A DNA stretch of 61,854 bases, filler included, from Thelocarpon superellum (taxonomy: Eukaryota): assembly GCA_026025795.1 (NCBI GenBank). It is 3 parts of 3 records of this genome, joined end to end, with 100 filler letters (N's around TTAATTAATTAA, not from the genome) between each part and the next. Parts side by side here need not be neighbours in the genome. Positions count along the whole stretch, not along the records: positions 1 to 20,607 come from JAPEUG010000321.1; 2 more parts are not named here. One strand, 5' to 3'. Positions within the stretch are counted from its first letter, which is position 1; every line of letters starts with the position of its first letter. Positions 1-14,616 of this stretch are shown here, in pieces. The notes below the pieces were generated by a model, which was given only the letters and a program-made list of their open reading frames with translations, was not told the DNA's origin and ran no database searches. Made by a program: the position numbers and the translations under genes.

Positions 1-426
1 AGAGGAAGGAATGGATGTGGGAAGAGATGCAGAGGACGGTGAGGGCAGTATGACCCTAGGCAGCAAAGTGAAAGTGAGGGTACGAAGGAGAAGGGGGGAG
101 AAGGGGGTGATACTACCCGCCCGTCCAGCCCCTGCCGCTCTTTGTGCTCATTCTTCCTCTTCCTCTCCTTCTGCTGCTGCTGCTGCGTTGTCGTCGTCCG
201 CTTCCACGTCTGTTTCTCGTCTCGTGGAAGGCGCATGCTGATCCCCTAACATCATATCAGGAAGAGGAGGCGGAAGGGGACATGTTCACTTGTACATACA
301 CGCATCTATCTCGTATTTCTCGTGGTTCTCGTGGACGACAGAATGTTAAGGGATAACAGTAGATATCCAGAGCTCGAACAAACCATCGAAGGCCCTTTTG
401 ATATGCCCGTTCTCGCCGTGCATGCC

Positions 427-2394
427 TCACACTTTTCTCCTCTGGCTGGCGAAGAAAGCACGAACCCCCACAGCCGCAGCAACGAGTACCAAGAGGCCAT
501 TGAATCCAGAAAGAAGATAAAACGGGGCTCCGAACGACACCCGATCGAAGAGGACCCCGCCCCCCTTGGTTAAGAGAAGAATGCCCAGGCCGCCGGTGAG
601 ACTGTATATCCCGCTTAGACTTCCCTTGTACGCGTATCTCTCCCGTCTCCTCAGTCGCACTTCCGCACAGGGAGATGAGGATGAGGGCGCAGCGGGTGGA
701 GAGGGTGGAGAGGATGGTGGAGACGGTGGGAAGGGCGAGGTGAGTAGCGGTGATCTTTCGGTAGGGTGGGTCGTCGAGTCGTTTCTGCTGGTGTCCCTGT
801 TGCCGTTGCCGTAGCCGTTGGCAAAGGCATCAGATGAGTTGGTGGTGGTGCCAGTACCCTCCCCCCCATCTTCATCCCCCAAAACACACCTTCCCAGCAG
901 TCCCAAACTGCACACTATAGCACTGATCTGACTGAACCCCAACAAGGCCGCGAGGAAGAACACGGCCGGTCCTCCACCCTTGCTGGACCGAGGCTCGGGG
1001 GACGGGAGCGCGCCAAATAGCGCGTTGCCTACCACTCCACCCACGGCGCCCACCAACAGCGGGAGGTTGTACCGCCTGTACCGGTCCGAGAGGTACCCCG
1101 CGATTGGAGCCAGCACGAGCGCTGTGAGTTGCGATATGCCTCCTAGCTCTGCCATGCTGTCAGTCCTGCTCATGACTCATAACAATGAAGCGGAGAAGCG
1201 TCAAGAAAAAGAGAGAAAAGAGGGAGGGTGGAGGATATTACCAGCTGCCAAGATGTAAGCCTGGCGACAATTCTCCTTCATCTCCGCTGTGCCATTCGTC
1301 GGATCACCCTTGCAGAGCCCACTCTTGACGTAGTATCCGTTGACGAACAACGGGATGAAGAGCGTGATGCCCACGGAAGATGCTCTGGCCACGAAGCCCC
1401 CAACATAAGCTAAGCCAACGTCACCATCTTCGAAGCCCAGGGCGATGGCATCGCGGAATAATCTCCAATATGGGGGTGGAGCCTCCCGTGCCTCGTTATC
1501 CTCATCGTGCTTGCTCCCGCCCCACAGCGATGCCCATCCCTTCTCTTCCTCTCCCTGTAAGTTTCGCAGCCCGATGAAGCAGCATCCCGAGATGACGAGC
1601 GCCAGGGCGCCAACGACGTAATAGCTATCCGCTACGGCTTGGCCGGCCGAGATGTCTCTCCACTTGGACAATCGGGCCGGGAGGGGGAGGAAGAGGGCGA
1701 GGGCGACCAAGGCACCACATCCGGTGAAGATGCCGACGAGGCCCGCCAGTCGTGGGGGCGATGTTGCCCGGCTCACTTTTGCCTCGGGGCGTGTCGTAGC
1801 GGGCGTCGAGATGGCCAGTCGTGCCGGCGTGATGGTGAGTTCCGAAGAGACCGAGGCGGCGGTGGATCGAGAGACCCCGCGAACGTGTGACGGCGGGGAG
1901 GGAGAAGGATCCGTCGAGGTAGATGCCTTGCTCGGTATGATCATCGATGGGAGCACCGCCGTCACCATGGTCGATGTCGCCGCTCCCCCCAGACTGAAGA
2001 AGATCCGGGCCAGGAGCAGCTGGGGATAGACATTGTTGGCCTGGACGAAGAGAAACAAGGCGAGGCCCACGATGCCGTATCCAAGCACGCATACCTATTC
2101 GCGGCCACGCCCGTAGTCAGCCTCCTGGTCAAGCCTCGTGCTCGTCTTTCGCTCACTTACCGTCCGGACACCGACGCGATCCGACACGATGCCCCACAGT
2201 GGACATGCTACCAAGGCCACCACTTCATCGGCGAACCCCAATGTTCCCACCAGATCGCCCACGCCTTTGCTCACGCCAATCAAGTCTCGGATGACGAACG
2301 ACAGGGAAGAATTGAGGAAGACCAGGAAGGAGATGGAGAAGAGGCAGACCCCAAGTAGGTAGGTGGTTGTTTGGAGGGGGGTGGAGGTGAACAT
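427..2394 (-). CDS. Major facilitator superfamily (MFS) transporter, substrate unknown; 3 exons
   Basis: ORFs 2095-2394, 1201-2088 and 427-1173 join in frame via GT-AG introns 2160-2095 (RVGVRT|VCVLGY) and 1241-1149 (YILAA|ELGGISQL). Many TM helices and MFS loop motifs WGIVSDRVGVR and AGYLSDRYRR. Confidence 0.85.
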
Positions 2395-2756
2395 GATGAG
2401 GACGAGGATGAGCGGTCATCTATGCCACTTCACGAGTCGATGAGGTCTTCGTATAGTGATGGGCTACATATCAAGTAGGATAAAGGACACTATGGCGGTC
2501 GTGGACTGGAGCGTGGGACCTGAGTGGCGGTGTTTGACGTCGAGCTGGAGCTTCTTCGGCTCATGACGTGAGCTCTTCCACTGCACTCCAGCTTGGCCGT
2601 GTCACAAGGATCCCGGTGCGGATGGACATGGATCCTCAACCAAAGCGGGTCTAGGAAGGAGACCCTCCACTGGACTCTCCTCCTCGTACAATATCAAGAC
2701 TCCATCCTTCTCATCATCATCCACGCAGCCTCTGCGTACGACGTCTACCCTCCACC

Positions 2757-3472
2757 ATGGTCAAACGGCCACCCCCACCCACGACACCGCAAGACCCCAC
2801 GCCCTCTTCACCACTCACATTCTACGACGGGCTCCCGCTCCCCAAAGTCCTCGTCTTCGACCTCGACTACACCCTCTGGCCCTTCTGGGTCGACACGCAC
2901 GTCAGCACGCCCATCAAGCAAAGAGACAACAACACCCGCGTCGTCGACAAGTTCGGCGAGTCCTTTGCCTTCTACCGCGACGTCGGCCAGATCCTGATCG
3001 AGGCCCGCGGCAAGGGCGTCAAGGTCGCCGCGGCCAGTCGGACCCATGCGCCCGATCTGGCACGTGAGATGCTGAAGGCGTTGCACCTGGAGAAGGGGAA
3101 GAAGGCCGTGGAGTATTTCGATAACTTGCAGATTTACCCCGGTGCGTCACGCTTTGTCACACCTCGTTCCACTTTCTTCCTTTCTTCCTTTCTTCCTTCC
3201 CTCCTTCCATCCATCGTCTTCCGCTGACAATCCCACGTCCATCAGACAACAAAATCACGCACCTGAACAAAATCGCCACGCAGACCAAGATCCCCTTCAG
3301 TGAGATGCTCTTCTTCGACGACGAGGCGCGCAATCGAAACGTCGATACGGAGTTGGGGGTCGTCATGTACTTGGTGCGGGATGGCATGACGAGAGACGAG
3401 GTCGATTGTGGCGTCAGGGAGTGGCGGAGACGGAGGGGCCGAGAGGGACCACCGAATGGGACGTATGCGTAG
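2757..3472 (+). CDS. MDP1: Magnesium-dependent phosphatase 1 (HAD superfamily IIIC); 2 exons
   Basis: Motif I VFDLDYTLWPFWVDTH, ASRT, and after intron 3142-3245 K..H...EMLFFDDEARN. Stop TAG at 3470-3472. Confidence 0.9.
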
Positions 3473-3780
3473 ACAGACGGTGTTGCTGGTAGAGTCGAGC
3501 GGTCGTCAGGCCTGCGCACACGTCTCTCTCGGAGTCACCGGTTGAAATGGCATGACGCTCCCTGTCCCTTTCGGCCCTGTTTGATCCATTCTCATTCTCA
3601 TTCCTATTCTACTTTTGTCGGACTACAGTCGAGGAAGGGCATTGATCGCTCATGCTGTGCTATGTTGCTGCGCCGCCGTGTCGTGCGGTGTGATGTGCAT
3701 TCGGTGGCCTCGTCACATCAGAAGCAAAGCCCCAGCCATTCCACGTACGTAATGTACACTCGTCTCCTTTCCCATCTTCA

Positions 3781-6700
3781 TCATTTCCCTCCCACCATGA
3801 CGGCCTTGTAGTAGTCCAGCGCCAGATCCACCGTATGTTTCAGGCAGTGATCTTCCGTCAACGGCAAGGAAAGAATCTTGGACTTTTCGATTCCCTGTGG
3901 CATCCCGTTAGCTGAGTCCAATACCACCGCCGCCGCCATCATCGTCACACGTACCGAGCCCAGATCCTTCCTCAACATCATCTTGCCAATCACCCCGCTC
4001 ATCTCTTGCACCGCCACCATCTCGTTGAAGCTTGATTTGGCCTGCTCGCGCACCATCGCAGGCAGGGCGCCGGTCAATCGTTTGATGACATGGGTGAGAC
4101 CGAGGTCTCGAGATCCCCCCCGCTTGTGTGTCCCTCGCCCGGACTCACTCAGCGGAGCCCCGCCGACCTCCGGTGGGCTACTGGACGCCACGTGCAGGAA
4201 GTCGGCGTACACCTGTCCACCCAGACTCCAGTCCGCAATGTGGTGCGGCTGGTCAAACCCATCCAACAGCGCACGTAGCCTCTCGTGCTCTCCTTCGATG
4301 ATGGCCTGTGGCGCCACCGTCCGGCAGAGGGTCTGATGCGCCTCCGTCCAGTCGTGCGCCTTGAGCAGGTAGGACACCTCGGCAACGTGATCTTCGTCCA
4401 CGCTGCGGGCGTAGAGTGCCTTTGCCTCCCACATCCACGCGGGTGGGATGCCAAACTCCTGGCTCAGCCGCGTAAAGGTCTCGCTGCCCTCGTCGCCCAG
4501 CTGGCCGCCATGCCGCGCCAAGAGCGATTGCACGGCGAGCATGCGTCGCGGCGCCGACTCGAGATGGAGCGCGACGAACAAGGCCCACACCCAGTGTCCC
4601 CCCGTCTCCAGCTGCCAGGCGTAGTCCAGTGTCAGGCGCGACATCTTCTCCGACGTCGCCGACGCAAAATCCGCCACCTGCTTGACCCGCAGCGTCTGAG
4701 ACAGCTGCCAGGCGAGGCGGAAGTTGACGGGCGACAGTTGGTGATTGGTGGGAAGGACGATCTCCTCGAGCGCCGAGTGCGGCTGGGACTGACGTCGCGC
4801 GGTGAAGAGCTTGAGCATGCCCCAGAGGAGATCTTCTCGCCCATCCTGCGCGCCCTCGCCCCCCGTCGCCGCCGCCGGCTCGTCGAACCACGGCACGGGT
4901 CGCACGTGCTCCTCACGTCGGCTCTCCAGGTCGTGCGCGTACTGTTGCACCGCGTGTTCGAGCGGCTCCGGCTCGAGGATGCCGTACCAGAGTCGTAAGC
5001 CAAAGCTCTGACGCCAATCAAGACCGAAGCGATCCGACATGACAAACGTCCGCGCCTGATCCTCCAGCGCGCCCTTGCTTCCCTCACACACGCACGTCTG
5101 GCCCGCCACCAATTCATACAGGGCCCGGATCGGATCCGTCATCTCCGAGAGCACCTTCAGCCGTCGCCATTCGCTCAGCTGCTCGCGCATGTCGTCACGC
5201 GCGAGCTGGTCAGTGCCGATCAACGCGACCAGCGTCGCCAATCGAAAGCTCATGGCGTAGAGCAGCGCCCCGCATGCGTCCTCCACCTCGTGCGCCGTCA
5301 GGAGCGCCAGGGCTTCCTCGATCCGCGACGGCGCCTGGCGCGCTTGCTCCAGCGCGGACTTCTTCACGAGACGCGCCCAGAAGGCGGAGAGTCGTTCCTT
5401 GCGAAGGCGACTCTGCACATTGGCGGCCTCGTCGTGGCGGAGGCCGGTCGGCACCTCGGCGGAAACGTCGTCGAAGAGGATGCTGGCTAGTTCCCACACC
5501 AGCTGCTCGTGTATCGTGCTGGCATCGTGCGCCTCGACCTGTTCCGACAGTTGGCGAAAATCAAAGCGCGGCTGGAGACGGGCGACGGGGATCCCGTCAA
5601 CCAGACGAAACTCCGTGAAGCCCTTCTGTTGTCGAAGTGTGCTGGGCACCGGCTGGCACAAGGGATTAGCATACGAGCAGATGGCGGACGCGGCGACAAC
5701 GTACGTCGTGAGCGGCAAACTTGGCAAAGCTCACATCGCCGCCGGCCGACGTGAGGATGGAAGTGGGATCCGTCAAGACCACGGCCGACCGACGAAGGTC
5801 TCGCCGCGTCCCCGACGACGTGCCGTCGCGGATGGAATAGATCAAGGTGCCGTCAGGTCCCCACCTTGGCTTCATCGACCGATGAAAGGCTTGTTCGGTC
5901 GCATCCATGCCAGATTCGTCCAAGCTTCTAGTCTTGCGCGCGTACGGCCACTTGAAGCCACGTTCCTGGCCAAAGAGCGAGTGCATGAGGTCGATGCTGG
6001 TGTGGATTCCCGGCCCGCGCGGGCGCGATCTCCCCGGCCCGGGGACATGCGACGTCTCCCGATCGTCCGGTGCGCCCGGTGCGACGGCTTGCGACGCGCG
6101 GAGCGCGATTCGATCTTGCTTGCGCGGGCTGACGGTACGTTGAAGCTGCTCCGTCCAATCCCCCCCGAGATGGCTCGGCCACCGAGTGGGCGTGCCCGGC
6201 GCCGGTTGGTGTTGCTGCTGCTGGAGCTTGAGGATCGACCGGGGCATGGTCGACAGAGAGCGGTCTGCCACAGCAGCGGCGTGGTGCGAGATTCCTCCTG
6301 CGCGAAGCCCCGTGGTTAGGTCAGATTGAGGATACGAGCCCGCCATCTCGTGATCCTCCATCGTGACCGATCCGTCCTCGCCGCCGACCGCGCGATCGAG
6401 CGCCTCGCGAGGCGCGTCGACGGCGATCGGGGAGGACAGACCCACGGAGCCTTCACCTAAAAAAGACTGGCCCGCGAGTGCGGCGGTGTGGTCCGCCTCG
6501 GCCATGCCCACGTCGTCCCCAAAAGGGTCTGGGCCGTCGAAGGCGCCCGGCAGGACGACGCGCTTCTTGAACTCAAACGCGTCATCCGGCACGGACGAGA
6601 TGATCTGAGACCCGCCTTCGCTCCCCACGGATGCCGGTGGCCGTGTGTGTGGTCCACGCGTCAACCCCGCCCGCGGGAGTGGAGTGGGCGAGTCCATGGG

Positions 6701-9700
6701 CCGGCTCATGACGCTCTCGTCGCCCTCGACGCCCTCAGGGCCACCGTCCGTGTCGTCCTCGTAGTCCAGTCCGTAGGTGGTGAAATGATCGACGGTGAAG
6801 ATCCAGGTCCCGGTATGGGCGTCGTAGCTCTGAAAGTGGGTCCCCTCGACGCGCTTCAGCCGGACCAGATGGCGTTCGTAGTCCCGCCCCGACGTGGCGT
6901 ACACGGCGCCCCGTCCGTGCTTGCCGCGCGGCCAGGAGTTTTCCAGCGTGACGGTGGAGGGGACGTTGAGACCCTTGCCGGGCGGGGGCTTGGCGCTGTC
7001 CGACTGGTAGACGGTGCAACGACGGGTGGTGATGACAATCTCATTGTCGTAGAGACGGTCGAGATTGACCGTGGTGAGATCCACGGGCGCGTCGAAGGTA
7101 ACCTGGCCGCATCCCTCACGCCCGACACAGAACCCCGAGACCTTCTTCAGCTGTTCGCGCGTCATCCGGCCCAGCTCCTCGCGGCTGGGCCGCATCCAGT
7201 ATACCCCCACCCGCTGGTCGTCATGCGAGCGTTGGCTGACGGGTGCCGGCGGGCCTGACGTGCTCGGCGCCGTGGCGTGGGGCGGGGTGCCATCCTCGTG
7301 AACGATGGCCAGCTCATTGCCTCGCACCTGCTCCATCTCCGGCTGGGTCGAAGCCTTGGCCGAGGCCCCGTTGGTCTTGCCCGGGCCCTTGCCATTGGTC
7401 GAGGAGCGCATGAAGCCCAGCTCCTCGGCGCTGGGGTCTGACCGACCCACGCTGTTGCGCCGAAAGACGTTGCCCGGCTCGTTCCGCTCGCCCTCCGGGG
7501 CGCCCGCCTCGAAGCTCACCCGTTTCTTGGCCTCGGTCGCGTGCGGCGTCGCTTGCGGCGTCTTCTCCGGCGCCGGCAGGGCGCCAGCGGACTCGGTCAG
7601 GGGCGCAAACAGATCGGTGCGGATGCTGCGATTGATGGTGAGCTTCTTCAGCCCATGCGTGCCGAATCGACGACTTCCGGCCGACGAGAAGGCGTTGGGC
7701 GAGAGGACGCTCTCGTCGCTGTCAAAGTTCCGGCGGAGGCTGCTGGTCGACTGGCTCTTGGACAGGCTCCGTCCGAGCCCACTGCCCAGCAGGCTCCCGC
7801 TCATACTGAGCGGCGTGGTGTTCAAGCTCGAGACGCTGCTCGGCGAGGCGTAGGTGCTGTAGGAGAAGCCGTACCCTCGCTTCTGCGGCGTCACCAAGCG
7901 CGACGACGCGAGCGGCGTGATCTTGTACTGGGGCAAGATGGTGCTCTTCTTGAGCTTCTGGCTGCTCGACAGCGGCGTGGCGATGGGGCCGGCCGAGTGG
8001 GCGTTGGGCGTGCTCAGGCCGTTGAAGAGACCAACGGAGCCGTAGGGATCCAGATCCAGGATGCTGGTCGAGAGACCCTGAGCCGGTTGACTGGCGGCCT
8101 GGTTAGGCTGCGACGGCCCGAAAAGACTCGACCCGCCAAAGCCGCTGGCACCGGCCTGTTGCGCGTTCTGACCGCTCATCCCGAACAGCCCGCCGGCTTG
8201 TTGCTGGTTGGCGTTGGCGTTATTGGCACCACCGAGCCCGCCAAAGAGGCCGCCGCCGGTGTTGGCGTTATTGGTGGATCCCACCATGTTGCTGCCACCA
8301 AAGAGCCCGCCAGGCTTAGGCTGTTGCTGGTTGTTGCCCCCAAAGAGGCCTCCACCTTGGTTCTGCTGGCCTTGATTGTTCGCGCCGAGGCTACCGAAGA
8401 GGCCACCGCCTCCGCTGGCGTTGTTCTGACTGTTTCCGAACAGATTCGAGCCGGCAGGGTTGGTGTTGGTCCCTCCAAAGGGCTTCGGGTCGAAAAGCCC
8501 CCCTTGAGTGTTGTTGGCGTTCCCACCGCCGAACAAATTCGAGCCTTGCGGTTGTTGGTTGTTGCTGGCATTGTTGTTCCCAAACAGACCTCCCACGGTG
8601 TTGGTCGGCGCGGCGCCGAACAAGCCCCCGCTCGGTTTGGCCTGATTATTCTGATTGGCGGCGCCAAAGGGAGAGTTGGTGGCGCCCTGGGCCTGCGTCT
8701 GGTTTTGGCCGAGAGCAAAGGGGTTGGCGTTGTTTGGCTGCTGAGCACCACCGCCAAACGCCGAGCCTGTCGCTGCGTTGCTGCCAAAGAGGCCGCCACC
8801 AGCGGCGGGTTGGGTGGAGCCGAAGCCTCCGGTGTTGGAGGCTCCAAAGCCGGTGTTGTTCGTGGCCGCCGCGTTGCCAAATGCGAAGCCGGAGGGCTTG
8901 GCAGCGTTGTTGTTGCTGGCGCCGAAGAGAGAGCCCCCTCCGGCATTTCCCCCACCAAAGCCGCCCGTCGCGTTGGCCGTCCCGAAGATGCCGCCGGCTT
9001 GCGGGGTGGACGTGGCGGCATTGGTGGCCCCGCCAAAGAGACCGGTTGCCGCCGGCTTGCTCCCGAAGAGTCCGCCGCCGCCCGTGCTGGCACCGAAGGG
9101 GCTGTTGGTGGGTTGGTTGGCCGCGCCAAAGGGTGACGCCGTGTTGTTGGCGGCGGGGGTGGCATTGTTGTTATTCCCAAAGAGACCACCGCCCGTGCCC
9201 GTGCCCGTGCCCGTGTTTCCCGCACCGAACGCGCTCGTGCCCGTCGAGGTATTTCCAAAGCCCCCGAAGCCTGTGTTGGCGCCAAAAGCCCCTCCTTGGT
9301 TGTATCGGCGGCCTTGGGCATAGTCGGCCAATCGAAGTTCCTGCGAGGCGGGTTAGTGAAAGTGGTATGGGCGGCCATGCCTGGACGAGGCGCAGGACTT
9401 ACCTCGAGCGAGAATCGTTGATAGGGCTGCATGAAGCTGATCGTCTGGAAATGATTGGTCTGGTTGGTGCCGGTGTCTTTTTCGATGAAAGGCTGGAAGG
9501 CCGTGCTCCCGGTACCCTCGCACTGGACGTTGGCGCCGCCCAGGGCTGTGCTGGCCGGGGCACCAAAAGCACCGGTCAACGCAGTACCGCCGGTGGTGCC
9601 CGTGCCCCCGCCAAAGCCTGAGCTCGCGCCCGCGTTGCCGAACAGACCCGTCCCTGTCGTGGAGCCGGCGGTGCCGCCAAAGGCAGGCTTGGACGCACCC

Positions 9701-10272
9701 CCAAAGAGCCCACCGCCACTCGTCCCACCCCCAAAGGGCGAAGCGTTCTGCGCGTTGTTGTTGCCGAATCCTCCAAATCCGCCGCCGGTCGTCGCGGTCG
9801 ACGGAGTGCCGCCAAAGATCCCTCCGCCCGTCGATGCGGGGGTAGATCCGAAGGCCGACGGTGCGTTGTTGGTGACGGCACCAGTGCCAAAGCCTACCGG
9901 GGGAGATGAGTGATGCCCTGCTGTCGCGGCGCCTGAGCGGTCTGACGTACCTCCCGCGCCGAACCCCGCGCTGTTGTTGCCGAAGAGGCCACCGCCGGTG
10001 GTATTGGTCGCGCCGAATCCCGTGTTACTGGACGCGCCGAAGCCTTCACATTTCACGGAGCCCTTGGTCAGTCTTTGGTCCATCGCGTTGTCGCAGTGTT
10101 GCCGGCTCGTGCTTGGAGCGCGCGTGTCTGACTTACCTCCGGTCGGATTTGCATTGGAGCCGCCGAATCCCCCAAAGCCCGTGCCTTGCTGCTGCTGCTG
10201 TTGCTGCTGCTGCTGGTTGTTGTTGTTGGCATTGTTGGCATTCTGCCCGAACCCCCCAAAGGAGAAAGACAT
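3781..10272 (-). CDS. NUP145: Nucleoporin Nup98-Nup96 precursor (Nup145/Nup189/SonB orthologue); multi-exon
   Basis: Starts MSFSFGGFGQ at 10272. GLFG/FG repeats, GLEBS motif (HFQTISFMQPYQRFSLE|ELRLADYAQG, split by an intron), autopeptidase domain ending WIFTVDHF/TTYGL (HFT at 6779-6787), then Nup96 helical domain (LDWRQSFGLRLWYG). Stop at 3781. Confidence 0.95.
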
Positions 10273-11149
10273 CTTGACGTTGACACGGCAGGCGCAGCCC
10301 GTGGAGCTGGAGACAGACGGGCCGACGCGTAACACGCCGAACGCGCGGTGGATGGTACCACCGGCTCGGTTTCAGATCGCCAGTCTTGACACGACCAGAT
10401 GCCAAAACGCAGGGGTGGTTCACGTTCTGAAAGAAAGGGCTACGAGAAGCCGTCACCAAGTCATCAATGAGTGGCCGATCCGGCGAGGGATGAGCTCAGG
10501 TCAAACGGCCAATGAACGAGAGCGACTCACGCCGACGCCGGTCTGGAAACGTCGGCACCTGGACCGCAGGAGCGTGTTGTTGTTGGTGGTTGCCACTGCA
10601 GTCCGTCTCGGGATGCTGAGGAGTGAGAGCTGCGAGCTGGGGGAGCTCGGCGCGATGCGGCAGACAAACTTGTAGGCTCGCAAGAGAGGAGGTGCGTCTT
10701 TGTCGTTTGGCATTCTTAGGCAGCACCAGGTAGCGAGCCACTCATGGGTCACGTGCCACGACAAGTCCGACGAGCAGGAGGGATGAGTAAGGCAGCCTTG
10801 TTGAGGTCTGGGGCGTCCCTGGATCGCTAAGACTCACCACTGCGGTGTCCTCGCGCACGCTTCGGCACTAAATCGAAAACGCGGCTAGGTAGACGGCACG
10901 AGCCAATTAAAAAATCCCGGGTCAATCTCCGCAGGACGATACGTTTATCATCTTGGGCGATATGTCACACCAGAAACGGGTGTCGACTCCTGACAAGGCG
11001 CAGCAGGAAGAGCTCCAGAGACAACAGCTCCAACTCCACACATCCTCTCACATAGACCTGGACAGAGAAAGATTGATCCATGGTGTCTGGTCTTGATCTG
11101 TAACCAATCGCTGGCGCGCCACGCTTATCCTCAAAGAGCAAAAACATGA

Positions 11150-11166
11150 CACGAAAAGTCGCGAAA
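11150..11166 (+). promoter_or_regulatory. Tandem SCB-like elements (CACGAAA, CGCGAAA) upstream of CDC31
   Basis: CACGAAA at 11150-11156 and CGCGAAA at 11160-11166, ~155-170 nt upstream of the centrin ATG. An MCB (ACGCGT) lies at 10325-10330 near the Nup98-96 start. Motif match only. Confidence 0.35.
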
Positions 11167-11319
11167 TTAATCGAACCGCGACGGCGGCTGCCAGTCCGGC
11201 ACGCGAGGTAGACGGCGAGCGCACTCCTGCATCGCGACAACATCCCGCGGTGTCGCAAAAAGGAGGAGAGCGCCCCTCCTGTCCCCGCTCCGCCTGGTGT
11301 CCACCACCATCTCCACACG

Positions 11320-12089
11320 ATGGCCACATCCTCCGCGGCGCAACATGCGCCTTTTGCCACCCGACCGTACCCATCCGCCCTTGGCAAATTGCCGGATCGG
11401 ACGGCGGGCTTCGGCGCGTCGAGTGGTCATCCCACGCGAGAAGCACAGCGGTTAGAAAAGGAGCGCGCCGAGCGCGAGCGACAAGAGCGAGAGAACAATC
11501 AGCTGGCCGAATTATCGGAGGAGCAACGCGAGGAGATCAACGAGGCAGTACGCAACCCGAACGCGGCCGGAGCGAGACCCCCGCCCCCCCTACTAACCGG
11601 CGCCCGGCGTAGTTCGGCCTGTTCGACCTCGACAAGGACAAGTACATCGACTACCATGAGCTGAAAGTGGCCATGAAGGCCTTGGGCTTCGACCTGCCCA
11701 AGTCCGAGATCTTGTCCATTCTCAACACCCACGGCGTGCCCGCCGCCACACCCACGGCGAAATCCTCCGCCGCCGCCGTCGCCGCCGCCACCCACGCCGA
11801 GGCTGGTCCGACCCCGCCGACACGTCTCTTGCTCGGCCTCCCGCAGTTCCAGTCCGTCATGGCCGCGCGCATCTTGGCGCGGGATCCGCGCGAGGAGATC
11901 CTGCGGGCTTTTGCCCTCTTCGACGAGGGCGACAAGGGCGTCATCAGCCTGGAGGATCTGCGTCGCGTCGCCCGCGAGCTGGGCGAGGGCTTGGAGGAGG
12001 AGGAATTGGTCGCCATGATCGAGGAGTTTGACCTGGACGGGGATGGCGGCATCAACCGCGACGAGTTCGTGGCCATCTGCTTGCAGTGA
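11320..12089 (+). CDS. CDC31: Centrin (EF-hand spindle pole body protein); 2 exons
   Basis: [38 protein letters not shown]...[14 protein letters not shown]...[18 protein letters not shown]. Intron 11548-11612 (GTACGC...CTAAC...TAG). Confidence 0.95.
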
Positions 12090-12576
12090 CATCATCGGAG
12101 CGCCATGGAGATGCGCCCACGTGGGGACCGTGGTCGCTCGACCGCGCAGAGGTGGGGTGTTTTTGATGGCAAAGTCGATCCCACGGCCGGCGTTTTTGGC
12201 TACGTCCGTTCCACTTCCACGTCGAATCCGTCCTTACGCGATGGCCTTCCACAACTTGGTCACCCGCCTCGGCCACGGACACCGGTGGACTGATGATGGA
12301 TTCCTCTATTGGGTCAACGCCGCAGAGCAAGCACGCACGAAGCCCATCTCTCCCACAACGGTAAACAAACACTAATTCTAATGATTGACCTCGCACACAC
12401 GAGAGCTTTTGACATCGATCAAACCATGCAACGCTCCCTCCGGCCCTCCGTAATTGTCGTCAAGCTCATAAGTGCCCAAGCCAAGTCCGCCGTCATGTCG
12501 CCGGGAAAGTCACGTCCCGGTTCACGCCAGACACCGAAGCCATCCAAATCAAAGCCGCCGAACCCCCTCCGCACCT

Positions 12577-14040
<1,464 letters not shown>

Positions 14041-14531
14041 TGCAGAGGGCGAGGAGGGGGTCTGATCTTCTGGCTCGCAAGCAAGGCTCGTCGGTCGGTC
14101 GCGACCGGGAGCGCTCGGAACAGAAGCTGGTGCGTGCGTAGGCCGGAGAAGGTCCGCGTCGGTGAGGACGTCTTGGGGGAGAGGGCTATGGTGGGGGGGT
14201 GAAGATCACGGCACGTACACGGTGCTCGGCGTCGGGGGTGACGTTGGCGGTGGTCGGATGCCGTGGGTCGACTGGCTCTCCAGGACTCGTGTCTCGACCG
14301 TCTGAGGGTGAGGTTCCGTTTCGACCGTCAGACGTCAGGTGCACGACCGGTGAGAAACGAAGGACAGGTCACGGCGCTGGGTGATGGGTCGAAGCGGCGG
14401 GACAGACGGGTCGAGTTCGAGTCCAAACGGCTTATGCCAATCCGAGATGGACGCCGAGAGGTCCGGTCGGCGGCGTCTTATGTGTTCGGACTCGACACGG
14501 ATGCGGTGGGAGAGCTGGCGGTGCACAATGT

Positions 14532-14616
14532 CTGATGCGCATGGCCAAGTTAATATCGAGGTCCAAGTGAAGTTGACGGGCTTGCGCCGTCGAGGGTCCA
14601 GGATCTAGGTTCTTAC
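14532..14616 (-). other. Predicted 85-nt 5' UTR intron of the C2H2 gene
   Basis: Minus strand G|GTAAGA donor at 14616, ATTAAC branch-like site near 14550, CAG acceptor at 14532. Lies inside an AUG-depleted upstream region. Confidence 0.55.

Noticed and set aside
6779..6787. Nup98-96 autoproteolysis site reads HF/T rather than HF/S
   Set aside because: Thr is a competent nucleophile and HFT is already known from filamentous-fungal Nup145 (e.g. Chaetomium thermophilum), so it is not novel.
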